DNA of 64,000 nt from Spirochaetales bacterium (lineage in GTDB: Bacteria; Spirochaetota; Spirochaetia; JABEVK01): NCBI GenBank assembly GCA_037142615.1, contig JBAXAI010000004.1:32001-96000 (forward strand). Direction: 5' to 3'. The position numbers and the translations under genes are program-made. The notes beneath the pieces were generated by a model, which saw only the letters and a list, made by a program, of their open reading frames with translations, was not told the origin of the DNA and did no database searches. How positions within the stretch are numbered: position 1 is the stretch's first letter; every line of letters starts with the position of its first letter. Shown piece after piece: positions 45,111 to 54,428 of this stretch.

Positions 45111-46421
45111 TCAGAACGAGAAGGCCTCGAATATGATACGGCGCTTGGGAATGCCCAGACTCCGGAGCGCCGGTACCACCTGTGAACGGATGCGCTCGGA
45201 AGAGCACAGGTACACCTGAAACTTCTTGGGGTGCACCAACTCCTCGGTGAACAACTGCGCATCGTAGAGCTTGTAATCTTCCTTGTACACAAAGGTCTTG
45301 ACCTTGAGGTTGGGCATGATTTTGACGAGTTCCGAGATCTTCTCGGGCTCCAGCAGTTCATCGCGCTCCGTGACAGCCTGCAGGTACACCACCTCGCGGG
45401 TCCTGTCTTTGTACCCGAGTTCCTTGAGCAGTCCGATCAAAGGTGCCACGCCGATGCCCGAGCCGATCAGCGCCAGCGGACGTTGAGTGTGTCCCCGGCG
45501 GATCGGGTTGAAGGACCCAAAGCCGGCGTTGATGCGCACCTTGTCTCCCGGCTTTATCTGCCCGAGCCTATTGGTAAAGTCCCCCAGTTCGCGGATCGCA
45601 AAGCCCACGGTGTCTTCCTCTTCCGTCGAGGTGAAGCTGAAGGGATGCTCTTCGCCGCGCATTCCGGGAACGAGGAAGCGAAGAAAGGCAAACTGTCCCG
45701 CGTGGTATTTCATCTTGGGGTGCTTGCCCAGCGCCAAACGGGCGATGCCGCCGGAATGCGAGATGGACCGGACCTCGAGCACCGGGAGCATGTATTCGCG
45801 CACCCTGGAAATCAGCCACAAGAGCACCGTGGCGGCGAACAGAATCTGAAACGCCCAAGCGGAAACCGGCGGCAGGTTGTGCGAGTTGTTGGGGTCCAGG
45901 ATGGCCAGGCCTCGGTCGGCCACGTGCCACCAACTGAAGGCCGCCAGTACAATGAACAGCACCCGGTGGCTGCTCTTGAGGAAGTCGTAGGCCCGAGCCA
46001 GCACGAGTTTACGCAGCCCGGGCAGGGGGATCCAGATCACCGAAAGCACCATCAGCACCCCAAAAACTGGCAGCGGGATCCAGCTGAACAGGTCAATGGA
46101 CTGCGGATTCAAGAAGATCGTGTAGACCCCGTGCCACAGCAGCAGAGCCGTCACGCCGAAGGTGCTCCAAATGTGGTAACGGATGCGCAGGTCGTGGGGT
46201 AGGCCGTTCTGCAACAGCGGCAGCTTGAGCGAAAGCAGCACGTTGGCCAACAGCCAATGGTAGCTGAAAATCGACGAGACAAAATTGAAGGCCTGCAGCG
46301 GATCCAACTCGGCCGCGAACGGTCCACCCCCCGCCAGAAACTGCTGTATGTACGCAAAGCTCTGGAGGGCAGGCAGGACCAAATACAAGAACAGAAGAAC
46401 CAGCGTTCCGCGGGGTTTCAT
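45111..46421 (-). CDS. Ferric reductase / NOX-like membrane oxidoreductase (heme TM domain plus FAD/NAD(P) domain)
   Basis: TM His pairs (YHIW..WHG; SHRV..WHV), HPFSFTS, GSGIGVAP, terminal FEAFSF. Confidence 0.85.
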   Translation of the reverse strand: MKPRGTLVLLFLYLVLPALQSFAYIQQFLAGGGPFAAELDPLQAFNFVSSIFSYHWLLANVLLSLKLPLLQNGLPHDLRIRYHIWSTFGVTALLLWHGVYTIFLNPQSIDLFSWIPLPVFGVLMVLSVIWIPLPGLRKLVLARAYDFLKSSHRVLFIVLAAFSWWHVADRGLAILDPNNSHNLPPVSAWAFQILFAATVLLWLISRVREYMLPVLEVRSISHSGGIARLALGKHPKMKYHAGQFAFLRFLVPGMRGEEHPFSFTSTEEEDTVGFAIRELGDFTNRLGQIKPGDKVRINAGFGSFNPIRRGHTQRPLALIGSGIGVAPLIGLLKELGYKDRTREVVYLQAVTERDELLEPEKISELVKIMPNLKVKTFVYKEDYKLYDAQLFTEELVHPKKFQVYLCSSERIRSQVVPALRSLGIPKRRIIFEAFSF

Positions 46422-46430
46422 GGCAGAGCC

Positions 46431-46919
46431 TTACTTGGTGGCCAGGTAGTCGGCGAGAACTTGCACCCACTCGACGTGCATCTGCTGGGCACCGCGTCCC
46501 CACGAGGTGGCAGCCGACACACCATCAACGCCTGCGACGTTTGATTTGGCCGTAAACGGCGTCACTGCCATGCTGTTGCTGCGGCTCAGCATATCCACCA
46601 GATAGAGTTCCTTCGGTGCCGAGTACGACTTCATGAACCTGGCCAGCGTCGGGTCGACTCCGCTTGTCGTGTTGGTGCTGATGACGACGACCGACTTGAA
46701 CTGACCGGCCTTGACAGTGCTGGGATCGAGCGTCGCGTAGATGCTGTAGGGCAGTCCCGCCATTTGGAACTCCTGGCGGATGAAGTTGTACGTATGGCGG
46801 TTCACCTCGGTATTTCCGTTGAACACCAGCATGATGTTGTTGGCCGTGGCGGCGAACCCAGCCAGGGGCGTGAGGGCCAAGAGGGCGGTCAGGAACACGG
46901 TCTTCAAAAGGGCTTTCAT
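46431..46919 (-). CDS. Secreted hypothetical protein
   Basis: Signal peptide MKALLKTVFLTALLALTPLAGFA; SD AGGAG; good codon bias. Confidence 0.75.
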   Translation of the reverse strand: MKALLKTVFLTALLALTPLAGFAATANNIMLVFNGNTEVNRHTYNFIRQEFQMAGLPYSIYATLDPSTVKAGQFKSVVVISTNTTSGVDPTLARFMKSYSAPKELYLVDMLSRSNSMAVTPFTAKSNVAGVDGVSAATSWGRGAQQMHVEWVQVLADYLATK

Positions 46920-46953
46920 GAGTATCTCCTATCCTGAGTAAAGCAATCATCAT

Positions 46954-46997
46954 GCCAAAAAAAAAGGCCCCCGGTAGCCGGTAGGCCTCTTTTTGGC
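46954..46997 (-). terminator. Intrinsic terminator after the rubredoxin-like gene
   Basis: AGGCC..CCGG-N3-CCGG..GGCCT stem followed by a 9-nt T tract on the minus strand. Confidence 0.7.
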
Positions 46998-47031
46998 GGG
47001 AAAAACTTTCCGCTTGGGAAAAGCTTTCCCG

Positions 47032-47676
47032 TTATTCCGACTTCGGCGCCGCTGGTTTGGGAGCGACCGGAGCCTTCTTCTTCTTTTTGCCCAGGAAGAC
47101 CTTGTCGCCGGGCATGGCCGCGCTGAACAGCGCCGAACCCCACTTGCCCAACACCGAAGCCGCGACAAGCGACACCAACGCACAGATCACATAGCCCATC
47201 CAGAGGCCAAACGCAGCCTGACCTTCAAACGTGCCGAGGGCTGGAAGAATGGCCTGTACGATCGAGGCTACCATAAGCACCGACCCGATCACCAGTTTCT
47301 GGGTAAGTCGCGGTGTACTGAGTTTGCGATAACGGACCTTACCATCGACAACACCGGTCGCGAAACCACCGAGAACCATGAGCGGGAACAGCCAACTGAG
47401 GAACTGGATGACCGGCCAGAAGAACGAAACCTGGTAGGCGGCCGGAATCAGTGGGTAAGCAACGGCAAGCAACAAAAGCATCGGGGAAATCGCGTTGGGA
47501 AGGTGCACCACGATGGGGTGAACGTGCAGTTCGAGCCACATGCGGCGGGCGGCACCGACTTTGTCTTCCCAGGGCTCGAACATCTCTTTCTTGACGCCGC
47601 AAGCAGGGCAGACTTCGCCGAGCGCGTCCTTGTCCATGATGTACCCGCAGGCTTTGCAGCGCACATGTTCTTTCAT
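47032..47676 (-). CDS. Rubredoxin-like domain fused to a DUF2231-like membrane domain
   Basis: CKACGY..CPACG; HPIVVHLP followed by 4 TM helices. Confidence 0.8.
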   Translation of the reverse strand: MKEHVRCKACGYIMDKDALGEVCPACGVKKEMFEPWEDKVGAARRMWLELHVHPIVVHLPNAISPMLLLLAVAYPLIPAAYQVSFFWPVIQFLSWLFPLMVLGGFATGVVDGKVRYRKLSTPRLTQKLVIGSVLMVASIVQAILPALGTFEGQAAFGLWMGYVICALVSLVAASVLGKWGSALFSAAMPGDKVFLGKKKKKAPVAPKPAAPKSE

Positions 47677-47705
47677 CGCGTACTCCTGTTGGAAAAAGCC
47701 TCTTG

Positions 47706-47743
47706 AAAAAAAAAGGAGTCGCGAGCGCGAAGCCCACGACTCC
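47706..47743 (-). terminator. Intrinsic terminator of cydAB
   Basis: GGAGTCG..CGACTCC stem followed by T9 on the minus strand, just after the cydB stop. Confidence 0.8.
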
Positions 47744-47753
47744 CTTAGGTCAA

Positions 47754-48806
47754 TTAATAGTGCAGGTTGGTCTTGTGGTCAACCTTGCCCTTGAAAATCC
47801 GGAACACGAGAATGGTGTAGACCGCCGTGATGGCCAAAGCGATCACGGCAGCGATGCCGATGAACTGGAGGCTGTTCAGCGGGTTCGACACGCCTTCCTT
47901 GAAGATGGTCAGGTCAAACTGCGCGCCCAGACTCGAGTGCACCATGGTCGGGAACTGGATGGCACCGATGAGCACGAAAGCGCCCGCAATGATCGAAGAC
48001 GACCCGATAAACGCCAGGGTCTCTTTGTCCTTCTTGTAGTTCAGGAACACGACGGCAAGGCCACCAAGCACCAGAACCAGTGCGATCACCAGACCAATCA
48101 CGTAGAGCGGATGAACAGCGCCGTCAAAGATGCTCGGCAGGAACAGCGACTGGGCCACGACAGCCACCAGCAACACGGCCGCCAGAACCAATTGCAGGGG
48201 CAGGTTCTTGCGCGCGTCTTCTGCCACCGGACCTACCATCTTCTTGATGACGTAGGTGGAGCCGTGAACCCAGCACACCGACACGACGGCGAGGCCCATA
48301 GTCACCGAGAAGGGACTCAGGACTTCCCAGAACCCGTTGGCGGGGTCCCATTCCATCTTGGCGTTGTAGGGCAAGCCGGCGATCGTCCCACCGATGGCGA
48401 CACCGGCCACGAACGGAATCGTGAAGCTGGCGGCGGCAAAGGTCCATTCCCAAAAGGCCTTGTTGCCGGTCTCGTTGTTCCAAGCCTCGAACACCACCGG
48501 ACGAAGCATGATGAAGACGAGAACCACAACCAGCCAGGGGTACAGCCCCGAAAGCAGGCCGGCAAACACCACGGGGAAGGTCGCGAAGATCGCGCCGCCG
48601 CCGATGAGGCCGTAGAGCTCGTTTCCGTCCCAGACAGGCCACATGGTGTTCAGGACACCGCGTTTTTGGTGCTCGTCCTTGAGGAAGGGAAGGTTCATCC
48701 CGATGCCGAGGTCAAAGCCGTCCAGCCAGATGAACAGGAAAAGCGCGGCCCCGATAAGCAGGAACCACAGGGTCTGCCAAAAGGCAATGTTGTTGAAGAA
48801 ATCCAT
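47754..48806 (-). CDS. cydB: Cytochrome bd oxidase subunit II
   Basis: LDGFDLGIG, WPVWDGNE, FATFP. Confidence 0.93.
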   Translation of the reverse strand: MDFFNNIAFWQTLWFLLIGAALFLFIWLDGFDLGIGMNLPFLKDEHQKRGVLNTMWPVWDGNELYGLIGGGAIFATFPVVFAGLLSGLYPWLVVVLVFIMLRPVVFEAWNNETGNKAFWEWTFAAASFTIPFVAGVAIGGTIAGLPYNAKMEWDPANGFWEVLSPFSVTMGLAVVSVCWVHGSTYVIKKMVGPVAEDARKNLPLQLVLAAVLLVAVVAQSLFLPSIFDGAVHPLYVIGLVIALVLVLGGLAVVFLNYKKDKETLAFIGSSSIIAGAFVLIGAIQFPTMVHSSLGAQFDLTIFKEGVSNPLNSLQFIGIAAVIALAITAVYTILVFRIFKGKVDHKTNLHY

Positions 48807-50176
48807 TATGCCTTACCTCCTTCGCTGTGGCCGCCCGAGATTCCGGCCTTGATCATCTTGGGCAGGAAGCGGAAGAACACGATGTAGACCACCACATAGA
48901 CCAAGTTGAAGAAAATGAGTGAGAACCAGACGTTCCCCTCAGACTGATTCTGGGTGATCGCCTGCTGGAGTACCATCCCCGGGTAGTTGTCAAACGGGTA
49001 GATGATGAAAGGCTGGCGACCGACTTCGGCGGTGAACCAACCCGAAAGCAGCGAGACGTAGGGCAGCACCGAAGTCCAGATGACCACGTTCAGCGACTTC
49101 TTCTTGCGGATCAGGGTATCCTTCCAGAAGAAGATCATCGCGAGCAGAATGACGCCCAACGCGGTGGTTCCGGTGAGCACCATCAGGCGGAACGACTGGA
49201 AAATCGCGTTCACCGGTGGAATCTGGCCGCCGGTCTTGGCCAGCAGAGCCGGATCATTCAGGCCCTTGACTTCGAAGTTGGTGTCAAACGTGTAGAACCA
49301 GCTCAACATGCCCGGAACCGAGAAGCCGCTCGTGGTCTTGGTGGCTTCATCGACCCAGCCGAAGAAGTACAAGGGAGCGTTCTTCTGGGTTTCGTAGATG
49401 CCTTCCATGGCAGCGCCCTTGGCGGGTTGGGTCTTTTCGATCTCGAGGGTCGAAGCATGGCCGATCAGGGGCATGGCAATGGCGGCGACAAGCGCGACCG
49501 AACCGGCCCACAGCATCAGTGTCTTGGCCAGCGGAACTTCGCGCTCGTGCTTGAAGTGCCAGGCGGCCGCGGCAACCAGAAGGAAGGCAGCGGTCATCCA
49601 CGCACCGGTAATGGTGTGCAGGAAGCGCAACAGGGTCGACGGGTTGAAGTTCACGGCCCAGAAGCTGTCCATGATGAGCTTGCCGGTTGCTGCGTCGAGG
49701 TGCACGCCGGCCGGGGTTTGCATCCAGCTGTTGGCCATGATGATGATCAGGGCCGACACGTGCGAGCCCAGGAAAACGAACACTGCGCTCAGCCAGTACC
49801 AGACGGGTTTCATCTTGTCGCGGCCGAAGAACAGCACGCCGATGAACACCGATTCCAGGGTAAAGGCTACGGTGGCCTCGACGGCCAACTGCACGCCAAA
49901 GTACGAGCCGGCATGCTTCGAGAACTCGGCCCAGTTCATACCAAACGCGAACGGGAGGGGCAGACCAGTCGCCACGCCCAAAGCGAAAACCAAGGTCAGA
50001 AGGCGGATCGCGAAGTTGCTAAGCTTCTTGAACTCTTCCTTCTTCGTGAAAAGGTAGGCACTTTCCACCAGCAAGATGAAAAACGCCAGGCCCAGCGTGG
50101 TGGGCGGGAAAATGAAGTGGAGCCCTGCTTCGAGTCCGAATTGGACCCGGGAGAGCAGGAGCACTAAGCCATCCAT
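48806..50176 (-). CDS. cydA: Cytochrome bd oxidase subunit I (short Q-loop)
   Basis: SRVQF..HFIFP, FTLES, ANSWMQTP, RFLH, QPAKGAAMEG, GWFTAEVGRQP. Confidence 0.95.
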   Translation of the reverse strand: MDGLVLLLSRVQFGLEAGLHFIFPPTTLGLAFFILLVESAYLFTKKEEFKKLSNFAIRLLTLVFALGVATGLPLPFAFGMNWAEFSKHAGSYFGVQLAVEATVAFTLESVFIGVLFFGRDKMKPVWYWLSAVFVFLGSHVSALIIIMANSWMQTPAGVHLDAATGKLIMDSFWAVNFNPSTLLRFLHTITGAWMTAAFLLVAAAAWHFKHEREVPLAKTLMLWAGSVALVAAIAMPLIGHASTLEIEKTQPAKGAAMEGIYETQKNAPLYFFGWVDEATKTTSGFSVPGMLSWFYTFDTNFEVKGLNDPALLAKTGGQIPPVNAIFQSFRLMVLTGTTALGVILLAMIFFWKDTLIRKKKSLNVVIWTSVLPYVSLLSGWFTAEVGRQPFIIYPFDNYPGMVLQQAITQNQSEGNVWFSLIFFNLVYVVVYIVFFRFLPKMIKAGISGGHSEGGKA

Positions 50177-50198
50177 AACAATACCTCTCTTTAGATTT

Positions 50199-51077
50199 CT
50201 AGTTTCTGCCTACGGCAAAACTTTCAAAAACGAAAAAAAAGACCATCAGACCCGAGGCCATCAGGTTCATGCCCATTGTGCGGCCAAAGTCTGCGCGCGA
50301 TGGTTGCCCCCAGCAGGTCCAGGCCCACCAAAGAAAATATACGACAGTGGGCGCCTCGAGGCCGAGGAACAGGAAGACCAGCGGCCAGCCACCATGGCCC
50401 AAGAAAAGGAACACAAACGAAAGCACGGCCAAGAACAAAAAGGCACCCGACAACACGAACGTGCCCCGGATGCCAACGCGCCGACTTACGGTCAAATCGC
50501 CGTGCGCCGCGTCTTCCTCATGCTGGTAAATCTGCGTCAGCGGATACACCCCCATCAGGAACAACGCCGCTGTCAACGCCCCTAGCCAAAGCAACGGATC
50601 GCTCCATAGCCGCATGCTCCCGACGGTCTGAACCACCGCCAAGTAGGTCAGCGCCCCTTGAACGACGCCGACACCAAGCCAGCCCGCCCAGGGACGGCGC
50701 TTGAGACGGGTCACCTTCCAGCTGTAAGCCTTTGAGGCCAAAGTGTACAGCAACATCGCTGCAAAGAACCACGGGCTGACGAACCACGAAGTGACCAGCA
50801 CCGCCGCATCGAGCGCCCAGGCCGTCCAAAACAGGCTTTGGGTCACCGGCGGTGGATTCTTGATACCGCCGATGCTCTTCTCGTCGCGGTCGTACCAGGT
50901 GTTGAAGGCGTGGCTGGCGGGGTAAAGCAAAAAATGAATGATGAAGAACGACAGCCACAGCCGAAAGGTGTCGGGGGCAAGGGTGTCCCAAGCTGCAAAA
51001 AGCCAGATCGGCAACAGGAAGAACGAGAAGGGAATCCGGAGGTGGATCAGCGTGCCGAGCCAGCGTGAGTGAAGCAT
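50199..51077 (-). CDS. UbiA-family prenyltransferase
   Basis: YPASHAFNTWYDRDE and YPLTQIYQHEED Asp-rich motifs; multiple TM. Confidence 0.82.
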   Translation of the reverse strand: MLHSRWLGTLIHLRIPFSFFLLPIWLFAAWDTLAPDTFRLWLSFFIIHFLLYPASHAFNTWYDRDEKSIGGIKNPPPVTQSLFWTAWALDAAVLVTSWFVSPWFFAAMLLYTLASKAYSWKVTRLKRRPWAGWLGVGVVQGALTYLAVVQTVGSMRLWSDPLLWLGALTAALFLMGVYPLTQIYQHEEDAAHGDLTVSRRVGIRGTFVLSGAFLFLAVLSFVFLFLGHGGWPLVFLFLGLEAPTVVYFLWWAWTCWGQPSRADFGRTMGMNLMASGLMVFFFVFESFAVGRN

Positions 51078-51188
51078 AACGTCAGCTTAAATGAGAATTC
51101 CCGCCTTGAAAAGGTTAATCTTGTTGAAGATAGCCTAAACGGTTTGGATGCAATACTTTATAGGAATAGTCAGAAATAGGAGCCTATC

Positions 51189-52280
51189 ATGCTGAACGAC
51201 CCGCGCCTGCCTGTCACCCTGCTGTCGGGCTTCCTGGGAGCGGGAAAGACGACCGTGCTCAACCACCTGCTGAGCAACCCGCAGGGGCGCCGCCTGGGAG
51301 TGATCGTCAACGACCTGAGTCCCGTCAACATTGACGCGGGGTTGATCGTCCGAAACGACCACGGTCTGGTGGAACTTTCCAACGGCTGTATTTGCTGCAC
51401 CCTCCGTGAAGAACTGGTTGCCCAGATCGCGGCGCTCGCACGCGCTGGTTCCCTGGATGCGCTGCTGATTGAGTCGACCGGAGTTTCGGAGCCGCTTCCT
51501 GTGGCCCAGGGCTTTTTGCTTGAGTCCGACGGGGTGCCCCTGAGCCAACTCGCCCGCGTTGATACCTTGGTAACGGTGGTCGATGCGTCAACTTTTGCCC
51601 AGGACTTCGCCACACTCCAGAAGGTGGAAGACCGGGATTCTGCCGCCCCCGTGGAAGACCGGCGCAACGTGGTAGACTTGCTGGTGGACCAAATCGAGTT
51701 TGCTGACGTGCTGGTGCTCAACAAGACAGACTTGGCTTCAAAGAGGCGACTGGCCGAGACAAGACTGCGGCTCAAAGCGCTCAATCCGCAGGCACTGGTG
51801 ATCGAAACCGTGCGGGGAGCGCTCGACCCCTCGGTGGTTGTCGCCTCCCGTCGCTTTGGCTGGGAAGCCAGCCAGAGTCTGCCGTCCTGGCAACGCGAGC
51901 TCACGGCCAAGCACGTGCCCGAAACGCTGGAGTACGGCATCGCCAACTTCTCGCTGGTCAGCGAAGTCCCCTTTCATCCCGGGCGGCTGTACCGCTTTTT
52001 CGCCAAACGCCGCCCCGCACTGCTGCGCGCCAAGGGGTGGTTCACGCTGGCGACGCAACCGGGTTTCAGTTGGCTGTTCCACCTGGCCGGCCGCAAAAAG
52101 ACCATCGAGTTCGCTGGTCGTTTCACGGGCCGCCACGTTGAGCTGGTTTTTATCGGGCTGTGGAACCCTCGCCAGCGCGAGACTTTCAAGAAAGAACTGG
52201 AAGCGTGTCTGCTGCGCCCCGGCGAGAGCGTCGGCGCGGAACAAGACCCGTTCGCGAGCTATCTGGAGGCAGCAAAATGA
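51189..52280 (+). CDS. COG0523 (CobW/YciC-type) metallochaperone GTPase
   Basis: GFLGAGKTT, GCICC, IESTG, NKTD, CobW_C PFHP..LRAKG. Confidence 0.92.
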   Translation: MLNDPRLPVTLLSGFLGAGKTTVLNHLLSNPQGRRLGVIVNDLSPVNIDAGLIVRNDHGLVELSNGCICCTLREELVAQIAALARAGSLDALLIESTGVSEPLPVAQGFLLESDGVPLSQLARVDTLVTVVDASTFAQDFATLQKVEDRDSAAPVEDRRNVVDLLVDQIEFADVLVLNKTDLASKRRLAETRLRLKALNPQALVIETVRGALDPSVVVASRRFGWEASQSLPSWQRELTAKHVPETLEYGIANFSLVSEVPFHPGRLYRFFAKRRPALLRAKGWFTLATQPGFSWLFHLAGRKKTIEFAGRFTGRHVELVFIGLWNPRQRETFKKELEACLLRPGESVGAEQDPFASYLEAAK

Positions 52281-53095
52281 CTTGGTTGGTAACGGGAGCG
52301 TCGTCGGGGGTCGGTCGGGTGTTGGCCGTGGCTTTGTCTGGTGCCGGTCACCGCGTGCTCCTGACGGGGCGCAACAAGGCTTGGCTGGCCGACACCCAGC
52401 GTTGGTGCCTCGGTTCCGAAGCGCACGCCGCCGACTTGGCCGACCCAGCGTCGGTAGACCAACTGGAGGCCTGGGTGCGCGACCAAGTTGGGCACGGGTC
52501 AACTTCGCAAGGCCTGGCGGGAATCGTCCACGCGGCCGGCCTCATGGCTTGGGACAGTCCTGCCACGGCGTCGGGCTGGAGCCTCATCCCTGCGGTCAAC
52601 GCGGTGGCCCCCTGGCGCCTGACCCGGAAGCTGGAGGATCTGCTGCTGGTCTCGGAGCATCCCCGGGTGCTTTTCATTGCGGGGGCTGCCTTTACGTTGA
52701 AGGGCGTGTTGCCACACCTCGAGAACTGGAAGGGTGAGCAGAAGGGGCGGGGCTTGGCCTTGGCCCTCGAGGCCGCCAGCGCCAAGGTGTGGATGGCGCG
52801 CGAACTGCATCGCCGATGGGCCGGGAAGGGGAGCACTTTCGCGTTTCATCCGGGCTTTATCAAGTCGCACTTGGCGGATGGGTTGCCCTTTCCCCTCAGC
52901 TTTCTGGGGTGTTTGGCCCAGCCCTTTTTGGCAGCCCGGTGTTTCAACGGCGAGTTTTTGGCGCTCGACCCTGCCGCACCCTTGCTGTCGGGCAACCTCG
53001 TCGAAGGTCGCAAGGCCAAGCCCGAGTGCCCCGACGGACCCGGAAGTGAGGCCCAAGCCAGCTTCCTGTCCTCTTGGATTTCTGAACTAGACTAA
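52277..53095 (+). CDS. Atypical SDR-family oxidoreductase
   Basis: LVTGASSGVG, ADLAD, VHAAG, FHPGFIKS; no YxxxK. Confidence 0.78.
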   Translation: MTWLVTGASSGVGRVLAVALSGAGHRVLLTGRNKAWLADTQRWCLGSEAHAADLADPASVDQLEAWVRDQVGHGSTSQGLAGIVHAAGLMAWDSPATASGWSLIPAVNAVAPWRLTRKLEDLLLVSEHPRVLFIAGAAFTLKGVLPHLENWKGEQKGRGLALALEAASAKVWMARELHRRWAGKGSTFAFHPGFIKSHLADGLPFPLSFLGCLAQPFLAARCFNGEFLALDPAAPLLSGNLVEGRKAKPECPDGPGSEAQASFLSSWISELD

Positions 53096-54351
53096 CTGAA
53101 CTTAGCTAATACCTGCCAGAAGTCGGGAAAGCTCTTGGCGACGCAGTCCGGGTTCTCGATCCTCTGGTTTCCGGTGGCAAGTCCGGCCACTCCGAAACTC
53201 ATCGCGATGCGGTGGTCGTTGTAGGTGGCGATTTGGGCCCCGGCCAGTGGGCTGCCCCCTTCGATGGTGTAGGTTTCGCCGTCGTGGTGGCTCCTGCAAC
53301 CCATCTTGGCGAGTTCAGCCTGCAGAGCGGCGACGCGGTTCGACTCTTTGTGCACCAGATGCCCGATGCGGGTAAACCGGCTTCGGCCTGCGGCAAACGC
53401 GGCGGCTATGGCCAGAGGCGGCACCAGGTCGGGCACGTCGCTCATGTCCTCTTCCAGACCCCTGAGGTCTGTCCCTGTGACCTTGACCGACTCGCGGGTC
53501 CAGTCCACCTGGCAACCCATGCGCTCCAGCAGGTCCAAAAAGCGCTTGTCCCCCTGCACGCTGTCACGCGAAAGCCCCTCCACGGTCACCGAGCACTTCA
53601 GCACCGCCGCAGCCAGAAACAGGAACGAGGCGCTCGAAAAATCACCCTCCACCAGCAGTTCGCGCCCTTGGTACGGCTGGGGCGCGTTCACCGTGATATG
53701 CCGGTAGTCGTCGTTTTGGCTCTCGGCGCCAAATTGCCGCATCATCGAAGTCGAGATGTCGAAGTAAGGCCTTTCGGTCATGGCGTCGAGACACTCCAGC
53801 GTCACCGGGCCGCGCGCCAGTGCACTGCTGATCACCAGACTGCTGAAATACTGGCTGGTGACGGCCCCGTGCAACGCCGCTCGGCCACCGTTCAGGCCTG
53901 TCGGGTGCACCCGCACCGGCGGCAAGCCTTCCTGCCCCAGATAGTCGATGTGGGCCCCCAATTGCCGCACCCCGTCGACCACCTCACGAATGGGGCGCTC
54001 GTTGAGTCGTGGAGTGCCGCCGAGGGTCACCGCGCGGTCGGCCAAGCAGGCCGCCGAGGTGAGAAAGTTCATCGTCACACCGGAGTCGCCGACAAAAAGC
54101 GCCTCCTGGATGGGGTGGAACCTGCCCCCGGTCCCGACCACCGTCACCAGGTTTTCCCCGACGGTCACCGAAACACCCAGAGCCCTCAGGCAGGCGATCA
54201 TGTTGTGCTGGTCTTCTGCCAAAAGCGGCCGCCTAAGGGTGGTGGTGCCGTGCGCCAGGGCACCCAGCAGAAGGGCTCGCAGCGTGTAGGCTTTTGCGGG
54301 CGGCGCCAGGAAGGTCACAGGGCGGGCTGATACCCGGTTGATCGTTATCAT
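53092..54351 (-). CDS. aroA: 3-phosphoshikimate 1-carboxyvinyltransferase (EPSP synthase)
   Basis: RLNERPI, TSQYFSS, EGDFSSA, QGD, KESNR, DHRIAMS, KSFPDFW. Confidence 0.95.
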   Translation of the reverse strand: MITINRVSARPVTFLAPPAKAYTLRALLLGALAHGTTTLRRPLLAEDQHNMIACLRALGVSVTVGENLVTVVGTGGRFHPIQEALFVGDSGVTMNFLTSAACLADRAVTLGGTPRLNERPIREVVDGVRQLGAHIDYLGQEGLPPVRVHPTGLNGGRAALHGAVTSQYFSSLVISSALARGPVTLECLDAMTERPYFDISTSMMRQFGAESQNDDYRHITVNAPQPYQGRELLVEGDFSSASFLFLAAAVLKCSVTVEGLSRDSVQGDKRFLDLLERMGCQVDWTRESVKVTGTDLRGLEEDMSDVPDLVPPLAIAAAFAAGRSRFTRIGHLVHKESNRVAALQAELAKMGCRSHHDGETYTIEGGSPLAGAQIATYNDHRIAMSFGVAGLATGNQRIENPDCVAKSFPDFWQVLAKFS

Positions 54352-54357
54352 GCCGCC

Positions 54358-54386
54358 ACCGTAGCCCAATCTTTTCCCCGAGTCAA
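54358..54386 (-). promoter_or_regulatory. Sigma70-like promoter placing the transcription start at or near the aroA ATG (leaderless)
   Basis: TTGACT-17bp-TACGGT-6bp-ATG; no SD. Confidence 0.55.
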
Positions 54387-54428
54387 ATTTCACTGGTCAA
54401 ACCTCCCCCCTACCACTACAGTCAACAG

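Noticed and set aside
50199-51077. UbiA-family gene as the missing cyoE
   Set aside because: It lacks the heme O synthase D.D..M.RT..RP signature; its substrate cannot be assigned from sequence.
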